A stretch of 64,000 nucleotides of DNA from an uncultured Nitrososphaerales archaeon (GCA_938091495.1 CALLJF010000012.1:32154-96153); one strand, 5' to 3'; shown: positions 20,304 through 30,410, counted from the first letter of the stretch. Numbers and translations are program-made. Notes: a model not told the origin generated them from the sequence alone.

Positions 20304-21845
20304 TTGATCAATGAGTTCACTGAAATATCCCCTTCAGAGTTTTTCTATAGAAATAGAGATTTAGCAGGGTTTAGTAACCCCTCTCGTGCATTATACTCAG
20401 CCGTTAGAGAACTTCTTGAGAATAGTTTAGATGCATGTGAACTCCATAACATACTCCCAGAAATCTTCGTAAGATTAACGCCGATGGACTTCGATATGAA
20501 TAGCCAAGACCCCAAGGCATACATGATAAAAGTTCAAGACAATGGTTCTGGTATAGAACCAAAATATGTCCCAAAGGCCTTTGGGCAGGTCTTCTTTGGT
20601 TCTAAGTTTCAACTAAGGCAATCAAGGGGTATGTTCGGCATGGGAGGGACTATGGCCATACTCTATGGCCAGATAACGACTAACAAACCTGTTAGAATAA
20701 CCACGTCTGTTGATGGAATACAGGCCTTCACCTTCGATTTGCTTATCGATGTTCAAGAGAACACTCCCATAATCTTAAGAAAGGATTCTCATCCAGCCGA
20801 AGGCTCAACAGGAACCATGATAAGTTTGACTTTAGAGGGCGATTATTCAAGAGCCTCCCAAAAGATATTAGATTATCTTAAGCAAATAGCCATGGTAACA
20901 CCTTACGCCAACATTACCTTCATAGACCCTTATGGGCGACTGTTTCTTTATGATAGGGTTACGAAGACCATACCTATCCCGCCTAAAGAGACGCTATTAC
21001 ATCCTTATGGCACAGATGTGGAAGCCATTCGAAGGATGATAAAGAGATCAAAGCAAGACAGCATGGTAGAGTTCATGTCTAAGAATTTTCATAGAGTTGG
21101 CAAGAACATAGCGAAAAAGTTCCTTGATTACGCTGGTTTCGACCAAAACACTGATCCAAAGACCTTATCAAATGATGAAATTACAAAGCTAGTAAGAGCC
21201 CTTCATAGATACGATGGTTTCTTGCAGCCAGATGCTAGTTGCCTCTCCCCCCTTGGAGAAGAGATTTTAATGACTGGTATAAAGAAAGAGTTGGAGCCAG
21301 AGTTTACAACTGCAACTACCCGCCCCCCGTCAGCTTACTCAGGCTTTCCCTTCATAGTAGAAGTTGGTTTGGCTTATGGAGGAAAAATTCTTCCAAAAGG
21401 TTTAAAGCTCTTTAGGTTTGCCAATAGAATACCTTTACTTTATGACGAGGCGAACGATGTTACAAGCAAAGTTTTAAACGAAGAAATAGATTGGAAGCGC
21501 TACAGAATACCAGAAGATGCTCCTTTGGCAATAATAACTCATGTCTGCTCCACTAAAATACCTTATAAGACTGTTGGCAAAGAGTACTTAGCAGATAGGC
21601 CTGAGCTTGAGAGAGAATTAAAAAATGCTATTAGAGAGGTTCTTAGAAAGCTGAGCCTTTATCTCTCAAAGAAAGTGTCCATTGAAATGGATAAACGAAG
21701 GTTTAACATATATGGTAAGTATTTGCCATTGATAGCAAGATTCTCAAAAGAACTATCGGAGGCCAAGAGATTACCAGACTATAAGAAACTGCTGGATAAA
21801 AAGATGTTTCAGAAGGATATTGAAGAATACATAAATATTAAATGA
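20304..21845 (+). CDS. top6B: DNA topoisomerase VI subunit B
   Basis: ELLENSLDA, DNGSGI, QSRGMFGMG GHKL motifs, RFANRIPL, KTVGKE. Confidence 0.98.
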   Translation: MINEFTEISPSEFFYRNRDLAGFSNPSRALYSAVRELLENSLDACELHNILPEIFVRLTPMDFDMNSQDPKAYMIKVQDNGSGIEPKYVPKAFGQVFFGSKFQLRQSRGMFGMGGTMAILYGQITTNKPVRITTSVDGIQAFTFDLLIDVQENTPIILRKDSHPAEGSTGTMISLTLEGDYSRASQKILDYLKQIAMVTPYANITFIDPYGRLFLYDRVTKTIPIPPKETLLHPYGTDVEAIRRMIKRSKQDSMVEFMSKNFHRVGKNIAKKFLDYAGFDQNTDPKTLSNDEITKLVRALHRYDGFLQPDASCLSPLGEEILMTGIKKELEPEFTTATTRPPSAYSGFPFIVEVGLAYGGKILPKGLKLFRFANRIPLLYDEANDVTSKVLNEEIDWKRYRIPEDAPLAIITHVCSTKIPYKTVGKEYLADRPELERELKNAIREVLRKLSLYLSKKVSIEMDKRRFNIYGKYLPLIARFSKELSEAKRLPDYKKLLDKKMFQKDIEEYINIK

Positions 21846-21924
21846 TCGAAAAATTAATGACAAAGAATTATCATGTGTATACGAAGATGCTCTATGGATT
21901 ACTACCAATCTTTTTCGTAATAAT

Positions 21925-22206
21925 TTAATAATCTTCTTTTCGCCATACCCCAAACTTCACGGTCTCTCTAAAAAAGGCTGGGTCACGGCAAATCGGACAT
22001 GGAATTGAACTTTTATGGACCTCATAGTCGATACCGTCAACCCCAAACTTATGTCCTTGCTTGCATTCATAGAAATCGACCAAACGCTCAATTGACATCT
22101 TGCTTTTCTTAAACGTCGTACAGAATACTATACTGTCATCAGCCATTTTACATGAACCTTTGTTTTGACAAAAACTACAGATGGCATTCTTGTTTACTAC
22201 TTCCAT
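21925..22206 (-). CDS. Small Cys-rich putative zinc-binding protein
   Basis: CSFC-x4-C-x8-C and CKQGH...CPIC motifs in 93 aa. Confidence 0.55.
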   Translation of the reverse strand: MEVVNKNAICSFCQNKGSCKMADDSIVFCTTFKKSKMSIERLVDFYECKQGHKFGVDGIDYEVHKSSIPCPICRDPAFFRETVKFGVWRKEDY

Positions 22207-22572
22207 CTTCTCTACATGTCTGATTTTTATTTTTCCACCCTCATCTTTTAGTGTTTAATAGCACTTGATCGAATATTGTACAAGATAATCACTTAAGATA
22301 CTTATGAAATTGAGCAATATACGGGTGTTCTATCTGAATTGGACTTGACCTTGTCAGATGTAATTGTATTCTCAAATAATGCCAAACAGAATTTACTTTT
22401 AACCTTTTCTTTAGATTCTAGTCGATTCTAATCGAATTAATCATGTGAAAAAAGATAGGAATTCGCTCCTCGAATATCATCAAAAGAATGGACCAACTAT
22501 GTTCGTTAAAGCAAAAAGATGTAGTTTGATCAAATTCAAGGGCGATTCTGGTGAAATATGAATGACTTCAAA

Positions 22573-22896
22573 CTATCTCGAAAATTTAAATATCATCAAG
22601 AATGGTGTCGAACCTATCTTCTTCACTGCATGTTTTGAGGCCATTTCAGCCTTTATGACTTCGATTACTATCTTTTCTCCTACTAAGTTTGCAACAGAAG
22701 ATGATTCTATCAATAAAAGAGCTTCGTCTACATTTACAAGTTCTCCCTCAAAATAGCTTGGAGAAATGTGCATCTCTACCTTTTCACCCTTTATAGTCTT
22801 TCCTATTAGGTCTTTATCACAAATGTTGACCAGCTTCATTCCTTGCCAATCTATTATTCTTGCCACGTAGCATTTTTCTTTCCTCAAGAATATCAC
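22573..22896 (-). CDS. DUF424-family protein
   Basis: VNICDKDLIGK, SYFEG, ANLVGE; overlaps aIF-2beta. Confidence 0.9.
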   Translation of the reverse strand: MIFLRKEKCYVARIIDWQGMKLVNICDKDLIGKTIKGEKVEMHISPSYFEGELVNVDEALLLIESSSVANLVGEKIVIEVIKAEMASKHAVKKIGSTPFLMIFKFSR

Positions 22897-23309
22897 TTTG
22901 ATTTAGTTGGTGACTTCGCTCCACAGGCTTCACAGACTAGAAACTGTAATCTTTTGACTTTTTCAATATTTGTGTCCGGGCTTCCACAGACTGGACAATT
23001 TACAAAGTCTTTCATATACCGATTGATCAAAACTGAGAAGGATTGAGGCTCCTTTCTCCCTATGAAGATGGCTCTATCCTTGTCCAGAGATACAGCCGTT
23101 GCTAACTCCTTAGCTAAGAACATCAGTAAATGGTTAGGGTCTCTCCTCACGATTCGAGCAAACTCCATGAAGTTCCTGAAAATTGTTTTATTACCTACCC
23201 AAAATATGATAGGTTTTGGGAGTTCGAGTCTAACAACCTTAGTTCCTGACTCCATTATGTTTTGGCTACTCTTCAACCTCTTCAACAGGTCATCATAGGA
23301 TAGGGTCAT
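22893..23309 (-). CDS. eif2b: Translation initiation factor aIF-2 beta
   Basis: YDDLLKR, GNKTIFRNF, FLAKELAT, CPVCGSPDT...CEACGA; start at the MTLSY ATG. Confidence 0.95.
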   Translation of the reverse strand: MTLSYDDLLKRLKSSQNIMESGTKVVRLELPKPIIFWVGNKTIFRNFMEFARIVRRDPNHLLMFLAKELATAVSLDKDRAIFIGRKEPQSFSVLINRYMKDFVNCPVCGSPDTNIEKVKRLQFLVCEACGAKSPTKSK

Positions 23310-23461
23310 TCCACTGACTCCTAGAATATACTTCAATTAGGAATATATGAGTTTTGCATCATAAAAAGAATTGCTTCTAAATCGAGACTAGATAACCTTA
23401 AAATCCAGGGCAATAATCTAAAGCCACGCATAAATTAATAGCGAGAAAGAGGTTATGATTT

Positions 23462-23689
23462 ATGAATTTTTTGAAGAGGCTTAAGGCTAACATATCGCTA
23501 AACTTCAACAAAGCCACTCTCAATTTAGGAGAGAATCTAGAAGGCATATTGGGAGTGACATCAGAAGAAGAATTTGATGTGATTAAGACGAGAGTTGGAT
23601 TAGATGCGTTGAAAAAAGGAATGAACATAACTGCTGCAAACATCAAACTTTGTATCTATACTGTGGATCGTCTAGGAGGGCATGAATAG
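23462..23689 (+). pseudogene. Probable truncated arrestin/SpoOM-like N-terminal domain gene
   Basis: LNLGENLEGILGVTSEEEFD..TRVGL followed by a frame-shifted RCVEKR; no further recognisable similarity. Confidence 0.4.
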
Positions 23690-23782
23690 TAGTGAGATTA
23701 CATATTTACTTCATTAAAGAGAATTTGACGCCAAAGTAAATCATCCTTGTCCTTTTGTAATATATATAAAAAGCATTACATC

Positions 23783-24019
23783 ATGATGATCACTATGGGC
23801 AGAATTAGTGTAATGATAGGACTATGGTTGGTCGGTTTCGTGATTGGCTTCCTAGGCTTCATAATCTTCACCGCTCTTGCTCAAGCGCTGATGAATCTTC
23901 TTCCTTTTCTAGCCACGATGGACAGCTACCTCTTAAGTGCTACTCTATCTGGATTCGTGGGTTCCGTAGTAACAATCATAGCTGTAACTGTCTGGAGTTA
24001 TTCTTCAAGGCGCTACTAA
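23783..24019 (+). CDS. Small two-TM membrane protein
   Basis: Two long hydrophobic segments; TATA-like TATATAAAA upstream; start uncertain. Confidence 0.65.
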   Translation: MMITMGRISVMIGLWLVGFVIGFLGFIIFTALAQALMNLLPFLATMDSYLLSATLSGFVGSVVTIIAVTVWSYSSRRY

Positions 24020-24102
24020 AATCTCCAACAAATACATAGTACTAGGGCAATCCCAAGCCCAACTTTTAATTATTACTAAAGAATGTTATGTAAAGTAAAG
24101 TT

Positions 24103-24687
24103 TCAATTTTTCTCTTGATTTCTTAGAATTTCTTCAATAATTCTTTCTTCTACATCTATATTGAAACTTTTCTTTATCTTCGATTTAATCTCTTTATCAC
24201 TCAGCTTTTCAAACTCATTAAGATTATTATAGATTATTCTTCTAACGCTGTCTACAAAATTCCAAGGGAATATGATCGAACTATGGGAAATCTCTCCAAC
24301 ATAATAATCTGGCTTTATAGTTCCTTTAGCGTAAAATAATGCTAAAATTCTAATTCCATTTGACTTTGATGATGCTATGGATTTAATGGCTTGCATGCTC
24401 CTTTTATCCATCATATCATTCACTAATAGAATCTTCTTTTCTAAAAGATTTGCGTTAAGAAGACTCGAACCAACTTGCTTATCCCAGTGCTTTAAGTCTA
24501 GGCTAAAAATATCTTTGCAATCTATATAATCACAAAGCAATCTTGCTACTGCCCATCCTCCCCTTGATATTCCAAGTATCATATCAGGCTCATACTTTGA
24601 TTCTTTGATCTTCTTTGCTAAAATCTTCGTAAGATTCTGCAATTTGTTCCAATCAATTAATTCGTAATTGAGTTTTTCTTCACTCAT
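24103..24687 (-). CDS. Phosphoribosyltransferase-fold protein with degenerate PRPP-binding loop
   Basis: PDMILGISRGG, PDYY and IIFPW match archaeal purine PRTases, but the DD..TG.T loop reads VNDMMDKRSM. Confidence 0.8.
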   Translation of the reverse strand: MSEEKLNYELIDWNKLQNLTKILAKKIKESKYEPDMILGISRGGWAVARLLCDYIDCKDIFSLDLKHWDKQVGSSLLNANLLEKKILLVNDMMDKRSMQAIKSIASSKSNGIRILALFYAKGTIKPDYYVGEISHSSIIFPWNFVDSVRRIIYNNLNEFEKLSDKEIKSKIKKSFNIDVEERIIEEILRNQEKN

Positions 24688-24769
24688 GCCTGAATATTGA
24701 CAATTAAGACCTTCATAAAAGAGTTTAAAAAGTTTTAATATACTTTTTATCCTAAGAGTGTGAAAAGAG

Positions 24770-25564
24770 TTGAAGGAAGAAAGAGCAGAGATAGGAATAA
24801 TAGGAGGTACTGGTGTCTACGATCCTGGTTTATTAGAAGATTCGAAGGAGATAAAGGTCTACACTCCTTACGGAAAGCCCTCTGACTTTATAACAATAGG
24901 GTTCTTTAAAGGTAAGAAGATAGCCTTCATACCAAGGCATGCTAAAGGTCACCAGATACCTCCACATAACATAAACTTCAGAGCGAATATTTGGTCTTTA
25001 AAGCAACTCGGAGTTACTAGAATAATAGCCCCAGCCGCTGTTGGAAGCTTAAAAGAAGAGCTGAAGCCAGGAGATATAGTCATACCTGATCAATTCATAG
25101 ACAGAACAACAGGCAGAGCGAGCTCTTTCTATGACGGGGGCAGAGTATGCCATATATCTACAGCTGACCCTTTCTGTCCTGAGTTATCAAAAATTGCCTT
25201 CAATGCTGGAAAAAATTTAAAACTACCTATTCATAAAGGTGGCACTTGTATAGTAGTTCAAGGACCTAGATTTTCAACGAAGGCTGAGTCTAGATTGTAT
25301 AGGAGTTGGGGAGCAGATATAATCAACATGACCATGGTTCCTGAGTGTGTATTGGCAAGAGAAGTTGAGATTTGCTATGTGCCAATAGCAACGATAACTG
25401 ACTATGATGTATGGAAGGAAAGGTTAGTCAGTGTCGATGAAATCATAAGAACATCAAAAGAAAATGTTGACAAAACTAGGATGCTCTTAGAAAATATGAT
25501 ACCTAAAATTCCTAAGGAGAGAAGTTGTATCTGCAAAGACGCATTAAAGGATGCTCTGATATGA
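24770..25564 (+). CDS. mtnP: S-methyl-5'-thioadenosine phosphorylase
   Basis: IGIIGGTG, PRH, NFRANI, QGPRFSTKAES, NMTMVPE, TDYD. Confidence 0.96.
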   Translation: MKEERAEIGIIGGTGVYDPGLLEDSKEIKVYTPYGKPSDFITIGFFKGKKIAFIPRHAKGHQIPPHNINFRANIWSLKQLGVTRIIAPAAVGSLKEELKPGDIVIPDQFIDRTTGRASSFYDGGRVCHISTADPFCPELSKIAFNAGKNLKLPIHKGGTCIVVQGPRFSTKAESRLYRSWGADIINMTMVPECVLAREVEICYVPIATITDYDVWKERLVSVDEIIRTSKENVDKTRMLLENMIPKIPKERSCICKDALKDALI

Positions 25565-25592
25565 AAATCGATCATGAAGTGAAGGACAAAAA

Positions 25593-25976
25593 TCAAGCGT
25601 TTGAGAGAGATTTGTAAAGAATCGCTCCTAAACCCATTGTAAGAAAGGCTATAACTACTACTGTAAACTCAAATTGTAGTAGCATTATTAAGGAAGAAAG
25701 GGCTCCAAAGACTGCCAGTATTGGCAAATTCATTATTGTAAGAGGTGATCTAAAGGCTTCTTAAACCTTAGGCTTATCAAAGCCAGATTCACTGAAAAGA
25801 AAACAAGAAAGGTTGTAAAATTCGTCCCATTCGCTACTAGCTCAATACTGACTCTTTTATCCCCAGAAATTGACCAAAGAAAGTAAGATGCAAGCTTGTC
25901 CAGCAGCCTTTCCTATCAGAGCATAGACTCCTGCTCCAACTAAACCGATTTCTCTTTTAAGCGCGGTAGAATTCAT
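25593..25976 (-). pseudogene. APC-family amino-acid permease remnant collapsed by internal deletions
   Basis: Fragments in order: MNSTALKREIGL, GAGVYALIGKAAG, ILLSLVNFWG, IELVANGTNFTTFLVF, VNLALISLRF, FRSPL..NLPILAVFGA. About 380 nt versus about 1.3 kb for an intact gene. Confidence 0.75.
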
Positions 25977-26102
25977 TTTAACTCTCCATGTAAGAAAAGA
26001 TATTGATAAGCTTGATTAAGTTCAACTAATCAGCGCCAAAATTAGAGCTTTTGCCATAATTCATTACTTTTTATGAAAAATTGGATTATGGTTGGAAATT
26101 CC

Positions 26103-27818
26103 CTATCGTGGGGGTGGAGGCAAATAAGTGATAGATGGTGATATTCCTTTACTTGTTAGAGCAATGACCCCGCTTACGATTTTAACTATCGCTGCCATTA
26201 AGAGCAGATAAGAACCTAGGGCCAGGCCCCATGATAATTGCACGACGCCATATTCTCCTATACTCCCAGAATATGATCCAGTCATTGGGCTCGATGATAT
26301 TTGATTTGATATCGTCATAAGTTCTGCTGGAACTTCGCCACCGGCAAAGGATGGTATCATAGATGCAAGTAAAGCCACGAATAGCAGTATTATTATGACT
26401 GGAATAAGAAGAGCTATGCCTCCTGTGATGTATTTCCTTCCTAGTTGTCTCGAAGACTTCATGCCTATCAAGTCCAGGATGCTCAACACTACTAGGGCAA
26501 GTATTATTATAAGGAATGGAATCTTCATTCCAAAGAATTGCACTAAACCATCCCCAAGAAGGTTGACTTGTACTCCCCTTATCCCGTCTATCACAAGCAC
26601 GTCTACATTACCATCCGTCGTAAAAGGCCCTGACTGAATGTTTATGGTTGTAATATACCACGGTAGGAATAGAGCCATAATTACTAGAACAATGCTAACT
26701 ATCCCAAGGATTATGCCTATGCTTGCTCTTGTTCTTAGATTTGCCCATAATCTTAATCCTCCTTTCCTATGAAGCTTTACTATACCGTAGATTTTCCAGA
26801 CCACAAGTATGATTATTATTATCGAGAAGATGAGCAAGAAATTTGCGACTAACCAATTCATAATGAACCAATTTCCATCCACTGTAAATAGCCCCAATCC
26901 CCATGATACAGGGCTTTGCCACTTGCTTCCATCCTGACTGTACTTTGGACCCAAAGGACCGTTTCTTCCTCTTAATTCTTCAGCGCCTCCTCCCAAAGCA
27001 CCCCATCTCCCTGCGAATTCAAGCCAGCCTTGAGTCCCTGTCCCTACTTCCTTTAACAATACAACTTGAAGATCCGAGTCGTTCCAGTTTATCATCTTGC
27101 CATTGGCTCCAACTATGTCGTTCTCCATCCCAAGATTACCTTGATATGCTCTGAAATAATTAGCGTGAGATCCTTGGGCAACGTAAACTTTAGGGTGAGT
27201 GCCATCGACTTTTTCTACATTACTCCATGAAGTCTTCTCTCCGCTCTCGTGTTGTGAATATGAAGCATATAGAGGTTCTTTACTACTATTCAATATGATT
27301 TCAACAACTTCCCAATCGCCTTGATGATCGTTCAGAGCTCCATTGTTAAAGGCATAGAATAGCCAATACTGGACTATTATGTAGCTTTCACCATCAGCCA
27401 TGTCTGGCTTAACATGAGCATATACAAAGTATCCGTTTACTTCCTTCCAGTCGTTATAATCCTGAGATATTTCTTCAAAGCTTAGTTCGTTCTCTAAAAA
27501 GTAGTTATCGTTGACATTGGTCAAGACAGCTATCTCAGCTATAGTTGGTGAAGTATCTACCGTGATAATACTGTCTCCAACCTTCCTTTTCAAAATTGAG
27601 TTGGATAGATGATAGTCTATGGATGCTGGAAAGAACAGTTCTCCATCTACGAATTGTAATGTTGGCAGATAAGTATTTGCCAAGCTGGCTTCAACAGCAT
27701 CGTCTAATCCATCACCATCCGAATCAACTCCTAGAACATTAACTGGAGCAAAGATAAAAAGAAGAGAAAGGAACAAGAGAATGATTATTCTCCCATGTTT
27801 TTTCGAAAAGCTCTTCAT
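26103..27818 (-). CDS. Secreted Vps62-related domain protein with C-terminal multi-TM domain
   Basis: Signal peptide, DSDGDGLDD, QYWLFYAFN, HQGDWE, YSQH, HPKVYVAQGSHANY, then about 5 TM helices. Confidence 0.7.
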   Translation of the reverse strand: MKSFSKKHGRIIILLFLSLLFIFAPVNVLGVDSDGDGLDDAVEASLANTYLPTLQFVDGELFFPASIDYHLSNSILKRKVGDSIITVDTSPTIAEIAVLTNVNDNYFLENELSFEEISQDYNDWKEVNGYFVYAHVKPDMADGESYIIVQYWLFYAFNNGALNDHQGDWEVVEIILNSSKEPLYASYSQHESGEKTSWSNVEKVDGTHPKVYVAQGSHANYFRAYQGNLGMENDIVGANGKMINWNDSDLQVVLLKEVGTGTQGWLEFAGRWGALGGGAEELRGRNGPLGPKYSQDGSKWQSPVSWGLGLFTVDGNWFIMNWLVANFLLIFSIIIIILVVWKIYGIVKLHRKGGLRLWANLRTRASIGIILGIVSIVLVIMALFLPWYITTINIQSGPFTTDGNVDVLVIDGIRGVQVNLLGDGLVQFFGMKIPFLIIILALVVLSILDLIGMKSSRQLGRKYITGGIALLIPVIIILLFVALLASMIPSFAGGEVPAELMTISNQISSSPMTGSYSGSIGEYGVVQLSWGLALGSYLLLMAAIVKIVSGVIALTSKGISPSITYLPPPPR

Positions 27819-27939
27819 TTATATCATATCCATTTTTAAAACTGAGAATCCTTATCCATAATAAACCTTATGTTTCTGTTTTGTCTAATAAGCAAAAAAT
27901 TAGGATAGAAAGGTTGAAATTTGGACATAATGATGCTAA

Positions 27940-29193
27940 TTGGGAAAGAAGTTGCAAAGCAGAATAGCGAACCCGTCGTTAGTCCCTGAAGGAGAAAAAT
28001 CATACTCTTGGGCATATAGGAACATGCCAGCTTTAGTTAAGACAATAGATAGCTTTGGTGATAAAAAACCATTGGCAGGGAAAAGGATTGCCATGTGCTT
28101 GCACGTAACAAAAGAAACTTCAGTTTTGGCTATGGGGCTGAAAAAGCTCGGAGCTGATGTTTACTTGAGTGCAGCAAATCCATTAACTACTCAAGATGAT
28201 ATTGCTGCTTATCTATCATCTCAAGGCATAACCGTTTTTGCATGGAGAGGAGAAAATTCAGATGAATATTTTGATTGCATAAGAAGCATTTTGAAATTCA
28301 AACCCGACATAATAATGGATGATGGTGGAGATGCCCATATAACTTTTCATGAAGAGTTCTCAAATCACAAAATCCTAGGTGGAACTGAGGAGACGACAAC
28401 AGGGGTTACTCGTTTAAGAGCTTTGTCAAAGGTTGGAAAGTTGCGTTACCCAGTTATAGCAGTAAACAATGCTTACACAAAATTCCTATTTGATAATCGT
28501 TATGGAACAGGTCAAAGCACTTTTGATGGCTTGCTAAGGGCTACGAGCTTACTAATAACTGGTAAGAAAGTAGTAGTAGCTGGCTATGGATGGGTGGGAA
28601 AAGGCATAGCAAAGAGAGCAAGAGGTCTTGATGCTCATGTAATAGTGACAGAAGTTGATCCTCTTAAAGCCTTAGAAGCTCATATGGATGGCTTTGAAGT
28701 AATGCCCATGAGTAAAGCAGCAGAAATTGGCGATATATTCATAACTGCAACTGGTCAAATAAACGTGATAAGAGGAGAACATTTAGAAAGGATGAAGGAT
28801 GGAGCAATACTAGCAAACGCTGGGCATTTTGATGTTGAGATCAATGTCAAGTATTTGGAGCAAAACAGCCTATTGAAAAGAAGTGTAAGACAGTTTGTAG
28901 ATGAGTATAGGCTGAAGAATGGAAAAAGGCTCTATTTGATAGGCAGAGGTAGGATCGTGAATCTGGTGGCTGCTGAAGGTCATCCTCCAGAGGTGATGAT
29001 GATGTCCTTCTCAAATCAATTGTTATCAGCAGTTTACATATCTGAAAACTATCGAAGTCTTGAAAATAGAGTTTATGATGTGCCTGAAAGCATAGATAAG
29101 CAAGTAGCAAAAAATGCATTAGAAGCGATGGGAATAGAAATAGACGAAATAACTGAAGAGCAGAAAAAATATGCAGGCGATTGGAGAGTCTGA
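27940..29193 (+). CDS. ahcY: Adenosylhomocysteinase
   Basis: EETTTG, FDNRYGTGQS, GYGWVGKG, NAGHFDVE, AEGHP. Confidence 0.98.
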   Translation: MGKKLQSRIANPSLVPEGEKSYSWAYRNMPALVKTIDSFGDKKPLAGKRIAMCLHVTKETSVLAMGLKKLGADVYLSAANPLTTQDDIAAYLSSQGITVFAWRGENSDEYFDCIRSILKFKPDIIMDDGGDAHITFHEEFSNHKILGGTEETTTGVTRLRALSKVGKLRYPVIAVNNAYTKFLFDNRYGTGQSTFDGLLRATSLLITGKKVVVAGYGWVGKGIAKRARGLDAHVIVTEVDPLKALEAHMDGFEVMPMSKAAEIGDIFITATGQINVIRGEHLERMKDGAILANAGHFDVEINVKYLEQNSLLKRSVRQFVDEYRLKNGKRLYLIGRGRIVNLVAAEGHPPEVMMMSFSNQLLSAVYISENYRSLENRVYDVPESIDKQVAKNALEAMGIEIDEITEEQKKYAGDWRV

Positions 29194-29225
29194 AATCAAG
29201 TTTGATCATTTTTTCAAATAAGTTC

Positions 29226-29963
29226 TTACTCAAAAATTACTCCTAAAGACCACATCAAAAATATGCCCAGAGAAAGAAATATGAGTTGAACTATAGAATC
29301 TCTCATCTTCTCTCTTTTGTGCATTTCAGGAAGAAGGTCTGTGGCTGCGATATAGACGAAGCCTCCAGCAGCGAAAGGCAAAAGCAGTGTTGAAAAATAT
29401 CCTGTGTATTGAATGAGGTAATAAGCGAAGACTGCTCCAATGATAGCAGTTATTGCTGATGCAAAATTGTAAAATAGTGCCTTTGTCTTTTTGAAGCCGC
29501 CATAAACTAATATCCCAAAGTCCCCTATCTCCTGTGGAATTTCATGGGCAGCTATAGCAAAAGTAGCAACTATGCCCAACTCTATGCTTGTAAGAAAACT
29601 TGCTGCTATTATCATTCCATCTATCCAGTTATGTATCCCATCGCCAATCAAGTTCAGATAGGTGAATGCATGAATATCGCACTTCCCCTCATGGCAGTGC
29701 CTCCAGCGTAGGAATTTCTCAATTACGAAAAAGAGCATTATGCCCAAAAGAACGAAGATAAAGATTTCTTCGCTGCCCAGTGCCAAGGATTCAGGCAACA
29801 AATCAAGAAAGGCTCCTCCCAGCAGTGCGCCAGAAGCAAAGGCGACCAGTATTAGAAGAAGGTTGTTAAGTATCTTATCGTTTAAGGATAAGAAAAGAAC
29901 TCCTACAAGAGATATCGAGCTGACCAATAATGTAGCGAAGATGATTAGCAAAAGGTCTGACAT
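29226..29963 (-). CDS. ZIP-family divalent metal transporter
   Basis: HNWIDG and HEIPQEIGD motifs, His-rich loop HCHEGKCDIH. Confidence 0.93.
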   Translation of the reverse strand: MSDLLLIIFATLLVSSISLVGVLFLSLNDKILNNLLLILVAFASGALLGGAFLDLLPESLALGSEEIFIFVLLGIMLFFVIEKFLRWRHCHEGKCDIHAFTYLNLIGDGIHNWIDGMIIAASFLTSIELGIVATFAIAAHEIPQEIGDFGILVYGGFKKTKALFYNFASAITAIIGAVFAYYLIQYTGYFSTLLLPFAAGGFVYIAATDLLPEMHKREKMRDSIVQLIFLSLGIFLMWSLGVIFE

Positions 29964-29984
29964 ACACTCACCTACGAATGACTA

Positions 29985-30410
29985 CTACTTCATACACTCT
30001 CTATGCACTAGAACTTTACCATGGATGCAAGTCTCTGGATAATTCAAAGTTCTGCAAATTCTTTTAATCAACTTCATATCTACAAAGTAGTCCATTTTAG
30101 ATGCTTCTTTGCAAGAGGTTTCATCATCTAGACCCAAAACTTTCCTGAAGTAGACTTCAAGAATTCTATGATTGTGAATCATTTTTAGGGCTAAATCGTT
30201 TCCCCTTTTAGTAAGCCTTATTCTTTTCCAAGGAGTCCTCTTAACCAATCCGTAGGATTCGAGCTTCTTTAATGTGTCTATCACAGAGGGTGCTTTTACA
30301 TCAAAAATCTTTGCTAATTTCCCTGTAGATAGCACTTGTTTATCCTCCTCAAGCCTCCACAGGGCTAAAAGGTAAGATGCGCTAGTGGAAGTTAATCTGG
30401 TTTCTTGCAT
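29985..30410 (-). CDS. DtxR/MntR-family metal-dependent transcriptional regulator
   Basis: YLLALW, wHTH, HRILE, PETCIHG; directly upstream of the ZIP gene. Confidence 0.9.
   Translation of the reverse strand: MQETRLTSTSASYLLALWRLEEDKQVLSTGKLAKIFDVKAPSVIDTLKKLESYGLVKRTPWKRIRLTKRGNDLALKMIHNHRILEVYFRKVLGLDDETSCKEASKMDYFVDMKLIKRICRTLNYPETCIHGKVLVHRECMK

Noticed and set aside
16041..22572. Inverted repeats marking a phase-variable invertible segment
   Set aside because: No inverted repeat or recombinase is visible at the breakpoints; treated as a fixed rearrangement.
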